Assembly: GCA_049999805.1 (NCBI GenBank)
Contig: JBNGIO010006231.1
Span: 98,413 to 162,412 of the forward strand
Length of the DNA stretch: 64,000 bases
Source: Folioceros fuciformis
Lineage: Eukaryota
Direction: 5' to 3'
Shown here: positions 56,901-64,000 of the stretch, piece by piece
How the letters are laid out: the number at the start of each line of letters is the position of its first letter
Numbering within the stretch: position 1 is the stretch's first letter
Translations under genes and position numbers: made by a program
The notes under the pieces: model-generated
The model's input: only the letters and a program-made list of their open reading frames with translations
Databases searched by the model: none
What the model was told of the DNA's origin: nothing

Positions 56901-59840
56901 ATTTTTGACTCCTCAAACAGACTCCTCGTCTACCACTCTTGAGAGTACACGTGCTGATACTTGGTCGATGTCAAGCTTTACAGAGTTCACACATGAATAC
57001 CTATAGGTAAATGGAGATGTCCCTACCCTGTTTAGACCATGTAGCAGTGGATGCTCTCTTACAGCCACAAAATGAACCGACTGACCCTCCTTTGGTACCT
57101 GCTGTTGGTGAACCTCCTGTAGATCCAGATCCTATTGATTTGCGGACTATGAGGGGGATCACCAAGATAATGATGAGCAACTAGGTGCTTTTGAAGACTC
57201 GAACAATAGTGTAACTCACAATGATGCTGAGCTGTCAGATCTTGATGAGACTACTGACGTTGATCCTCCTTCTCGCTATCCTGCAAGGATGAGAAGGCCA
57301 CGAGAGTTATGGGAGGAGCCTCCTTATCAATCTAAAGACTTTAGGAGACATAGTGCAACGTAATAGACTTGCATGTACCAGATGTCAGACCTGATCCTCG
57401 AACATTTGATGAAGCACTGAATGGTCCTGATAGGGCCCATTGGCGAGTGTCTATTAATGATGAGTACGATAGTCTTTTCAAAAACTAGACGTGGGAGTTA
57501 GCTGATCTGCCACCAGGCAGGAAACCCATTACCTGTAAATGGGTATTTAAAACTAAACTTAAGTCAGATGGAACTATAACGAGATATAAAAGCAGGCTGG
57601 TGGCAAGAGGATTCTGATAGATCCTTGGGATAGATTACGGAGATACTTTCTCCCCTGTAGTGAAGCCTCCATCTGTCAGAATCCTGCTTGCACTTGCAGA
57701 TGGATGTTTGCACGGCCTTCCTACATGGAGAACTGGAAGAGGTTCTCTACATGAACCAACCAGAAGGGTTTGTAAGTAAGAAATGGCCTGGTAAAGTTTG
57801 CAAACTTTTGAAGACTATCTATGGTTTTAAACAAAGCCCTAGAGCCTGGTACAAACGAATTATGAAATTCTTGTGTAAGGCAGGCTTCTCATAATCATCA
57901 GCAAACTCAAATGTATTTTACTTATCTGAGTCTGGGCTCTTTGTGATCCTGGCCTTGTATGTTGACGATGTGATCCTATTGAGCAACAGCATATCACAGA
58001 TGAATAAGGTTAAGAATCTTTTGAGGAGCGAATTTGAGATGACAGATCAGGGTGCTCTGTAGTTCTGCTTGGGTATTCAGAGACTTAGAAACAAGCAAGA
58101 TGGGACAATTGTCCTTCATCAATCAAAATATCTCAAGGAAATACTTAAACGGTTTCACCTGGATGAAGCTCGCCCTGTGACTACCTCTTCTGTCGTGGGT
58201 GAGAAGCTTACAGTTGAGATGTCCCCTCAGTCCGCAGATGAAGAAAAGGATAATGGCTGGTGTCCCTTATGCTGAGGTAGTTGGATGTCTGATTTTCCTG
58301 GCGAACTGGACTAGACCAGATATCAGCTTCTCTGTTAGTATGGTAGCTCAGTTTATCAAGACTCCAGGTCGAGTCCACTAGGCTGCAGTTAAACGTATCT
58401 ATCGTTACCTAAAGGGAACAATCAACTTAGGCCTGCATTACACTGCTAGTGGCAAGAAGAGTTTTGTGCTGACTGCCCTAGCTGATGCTGACTAGGCATC
58501 AGATTCAAACCCTCGTAAGAGTCTGTCTGCCTATGTATGTCTGCTAGCCTCAGGTGCAGTCAATTGGTCATGTAAAAAGCAGTCCTCATTAGCACTATCG
58601 TCTACTGAGGCTGAATACAAGGCCCTAACAGATGCCTGCAAGGAACTTGAATGGGAGAGACAGTTTTTAGAGTCTATCTTGATGACACAAGCCTCTGCAA
58701 CTCCACTACTCTGTGATAATATGTCTGCTATAGCCCTCGTGGCTAATCCTTGTGGCTAATCCACGAATTCTAGGCAAGAACAAAGCATATAGAGCTTTAT
58801 CACCACTACATTAGAGATGTGGTGGAGAGAAGTGTGGCTAAGGTGGAGTATGTAAACACAGATGAAAACACGGCAGATCTATTGACTAAAGGACTTTCTA
58901 AGGTCAAGCACTATAAGCACCTTGCCACTATGGGCTTAAGGGTGTTCACTATGCCCATACAAGAAAGTACAAGATAGTGTGTGCACTACTAACAGGAAAC
59001 AGCTTAATTGGCTTATTACAAGCCTGACCTTCCTGTCCAGCGCACAAAACAAGAGGACAGCTCAGTGGATGAAGCAACGTGCACATGAAGTCGTGAACTG
59101 CCCTCTGCATCGTAGAAAAGAAAAGCAAAAACTTTCATAGTGGTGATTTACCTCTCTCAGTCGGGCAAGGGCCTTATGTATCACCAGCTTCAGGCGTGCC
59201 ACCGACTGTCCTCGTATATCCAAGCATGTTCAGTTCCTTCACAAGATGCTATTTCACACTCCAACAGTGGAAACATGGTTGGATCTCGTGATGGGAACTT
59301 GGCTACCAAGTCTCGAAGCTCCAAGACCCGACACTTTGCAGCCTGGATTGCTTCTTCGACCTCCTTGCACTTCTGCGCTGTCTGAAGCAGATAACACACC
59401 AAGTTTCTCTCTGTCTGTGTAGGCCACTCTGCATGCTTCTTTGATACTTGAGTTTCGCCAGGCTCAACGGAGTTACTCTGTTGCTGTGACGACTCCTCCC
59501 TTGGATGCTTTTGGCAACCCAAACCGCCATTCTTCTTGCGTGCCATTCCTTCCTGCAACAGAACACAAAAGAACAAGAACTCCACCTACAGTGGCTATTC
59601 TTAGCCTTGGTACCGCGAGAGAAAGACGCCTAGCTCCATCTTCAGCTTGCCCTGAGTCTTCACACCTGTTCTTGCCTGAAGATAGATCGCCCATCATGCC
59701 GCCTGCATGATTTTCCCGCTTGTGATGCACAACAGTCTCACACGCCCGCTTCATCATGAGGGGGTTACAGGGTTTATGACCCGTTAGGATTTAAGCGTTT
59801 AATTTAACCTCGTCAGGTTAAGAGGGGGTGTTAAGGTTAT
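53957..59840 (+). mobile_element. Ty1/copia element C, nearly full length and inactivated (5' LTR 53957-54142, iMet PBS, gag-PR-INT-RT-RH to about 58977, 0.85-kb extra region, PPT, 12-bp remnant of 3' LTR)
   Basis: TG...CA LTR followed by TGGTATCAGAGC (54143-54154); UBN2-type gag; LWHARLGH, LELVHADIAG, TDNGGEF, YTQQQNGVADRKN; RT LALYVDD; RNaseH SSTEAEY, TKHIE; PPT aagaggggg then TGTTAAGGTTAT at 59829; many stops. Confidence 0.95.
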
Positions 59841-60693
59841 ATGTTTAGTACAATGAATGAATGGTGTTTTCGAAACAAGCATGTTTTGTGGGTTTTGGGT
59901 TTGGCTTTGTGGTTCCTTGGGAACTTTCTAGAAATACATGACCCCTTTCTCCCCTTTCTCTTTAATATCATGGGACTTGTTGTCTCCAACCCTTGTTTGA
60001 GTTACGAGTGCTGTCATGCGATCAATCACTTTCCCGTGTCCAGTTGGCTTGGTCTAATATGGCTTTCGAGCCTTTATTTCGAGGAATTACAAAAGAACTG
60101 GACACATAGAGGTGATTGATCACTTGAGAACACTCACAGCTCAAAGCCTTATGCTAGTTACTTCACCATAGAGAATGGCCACGGCCCCTTATATACCTGA
60201 GGCTCGTTGATATTTTTCTAGACCCTATCTATATTCTTCGACAAGCACCTAGATTTGACCACAAGCAAAAGTTCGTATACCAGAAACGTTCTCCAGTGCG
60301 TATTTTGTGGCGTTCTGCGTCACAGTTCGGCTCCTCAATGCTGCCGCGCGTGGCATACATGTGACGGGAAGCCGACAGGATGGTAGCCCGCGCAAAGGCT
60401 GATGATCAGCAAAGTCAAGATTTCCGGGTGCCTACCACACAGAGGTTAGCAAATTTATGCCATGACGTTCAGTGAATTCACCTTGGTGGCCCGTGGGATC
60501 CTCGATCAGATCTGAAAAACATGTCATGCGCTTGCCCAACCTTCCTAATCCAAACAACGCAGAAAACCGACCTCCTTTATTGCTACAACCGAATTGGATT
60601 CAGCAATGTTGTTTGAATTGGAAAGCAACTTGGCAAGAATCTGGATCAGCCTCTGTCGGAAGTTTCACGATTTGCTTACGAGAGTGGGCATTG

Positions 60694-61364
60694 CTAGTAG
60701 GGCCGCACACCGACCCAATTTCCGGGGGGATCATAGCTACACACAGTGAAAGCGCCACCATCGCCAGGGCAGGCAACTGAAGCGCATCCGACACGGATGG
60801 AGTCTCTCCACACAACCTGCAGAAGGAGAATGTATGGACGTGTTAGCTGGAGCGCAGCTGTGATTGCAAGAGTGGCGGACATATGCATGTATACGATGGG
60901 GATGAAGAGGAAATCCAGCAGCGCACCTGAGTGTAGTGGCCACACTCCTGGTCAGGTGCCGAACAGGCATTGGAATCGTAGTCGTAGTACTGCTTCTCGG
61001 CAACCCAGTCTCCTACAGCCTCGCCAGGCGAGCTGGTCCAGCTGGCCCAGAAAATGTTCTCTCCGTAAGGCCCGTCGGAGTGTTCGAGCGCGCAGCCTTT
61101 ATTCCAGGCTTGGTTTTGTGCCCAGGACAGGGCGAACTCCTTGAGCGTTACGTTCCACGTCATGGGCCATAGGTTCTGGCCGACTTCCATTCGGGCTGCA
61201 TTGTGTGTTCTCACAAACTCTTGGCCCGCCAAATCCAAGGCTGAGCGAGGTGCGCGCCATTTCCCACTTGTTCTCTTGGACATGCAGGCGGTAAGAAGAC
61301 AGGTGTGGATGAGCATAGTAGTGAAAGCAAGACACGCAATGCGTTGTGCTGAGGGGAGCGCCAT
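60694..61364 (-). CDS. PR-1-like CAP/SCP secreted protein; 2 exons (61364-60927, 60816-60694)
   Basis: Signal peptide; [71 protein letters not shown]. Confidence 0.93.
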
Positions 61365-62074
61365 GCTAGCTCTAGATCTGCTACTGTAACACCACTGTCA
61401 GCGCCACACTACGAGGTCAGGCGAATTGCTCTCGTCCCCGAGCAGTGGTGAAGCAACTTGCACCTTGCTGATACATTCCGGCACTTTGCACCGGGCTCAA
61501 ATGCCCTCCAACAAGCATCCGCATTGTGTACATCCCACCGGCCACACCTCGAAAGGAGCGCAAAAGAGGTAAGCCTCTGTCCAACTGCCGACCATTCTGA
61601 CAGAGGGAAGTTGGCAGTTGGGAGTATGATATTCACGGCTGTCAGGTGTGCGGCTGACGAACTCCTCACGGGTGTACGCTATCGTGTTCGGCTTCCATCT
61701 TACAAAGGTTACAGCAGCTGCGCATGCGCGAGAAAGCTTGCACACCAGGTGGACAACCAGTTTGGAGACGCAAAAATGATAGTCTCTGTGCAAATACGGC
61801 ACTTACCAGTCACCGACCCAGCAGCTTCTTTCAACACAGTCGTCAACCTTCAACATGGGGCGGCGAGCACGATGAAGCGTACTGATTGGCAGCGGCGAGA
61901 GGACAACGGACAACCAGACAAAGGATCATGGCTTTCAATCCTCTACAGGATCATATGCTCTGGAAGACCACCATATCCTTGTTGTCACACCGTTGGACAT
62001 TATCTCACAACAAATAGTACGCATTATACATATATTGTGTTAGTTGGTTATTATATTGCAGTTTTCGTTTCCCA

Positions 62075-64000
<1,926 letters not shown>

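Overview
Gene-dense, roughly 50% GC eukaryotic (land-plant) nuclear DNA with short (mostly 70-120 nt) introns and four N-gaps. The 37-aa 'LL' PPR motifs, the WW-type PG-box and the compact gene structure point to a hornwort (Anthoceros-like); this is inference. Intact genes, left to right: a two-domain GNA/bulb-lectin receptor kinase, MBF1c, a 7-exon conserved unknown gene missed by the ORF track, adenylosuccinate synthetase, SOQ1, a Maf/YhdE-type pyrophosphatase, an ANKRD39-like protein, ATP11, an unknown tail-anchored repeat protein, ELF4-like, a PLS-class PPR editing factor, LpxK, TLP18.3, STIG1-like, PR-1-like, and the 3' part of an NADP-malic enzyme. Also present: pseudogene duplicates, a decayed RLE-type (CRE-like) LINE, an AT-rich decayed element and three nested Ty1/copia elements. 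Most notable observations: (1) PPR and LpxK are only 23 nt apart, bridged by a mini-ORF whose stop overlaps the LpxK start (TGATG), a candidate dicistronic or translationally coupled locus; (2) a three-gene tandem duplication (MBF1c-geneX-ADSS) resolved by reciprocal loss, which split a bidirectional promoter and left an MBF1c/ADSS chimeric ORF; (3) a lectin receptor whose kinase looks LRR-I-like rather than S-domain-like; (4) an antisense, apparently spliced ORF in the 3' region of a copia element. All family assignments come from recognising motifs by eye; no database search was run.
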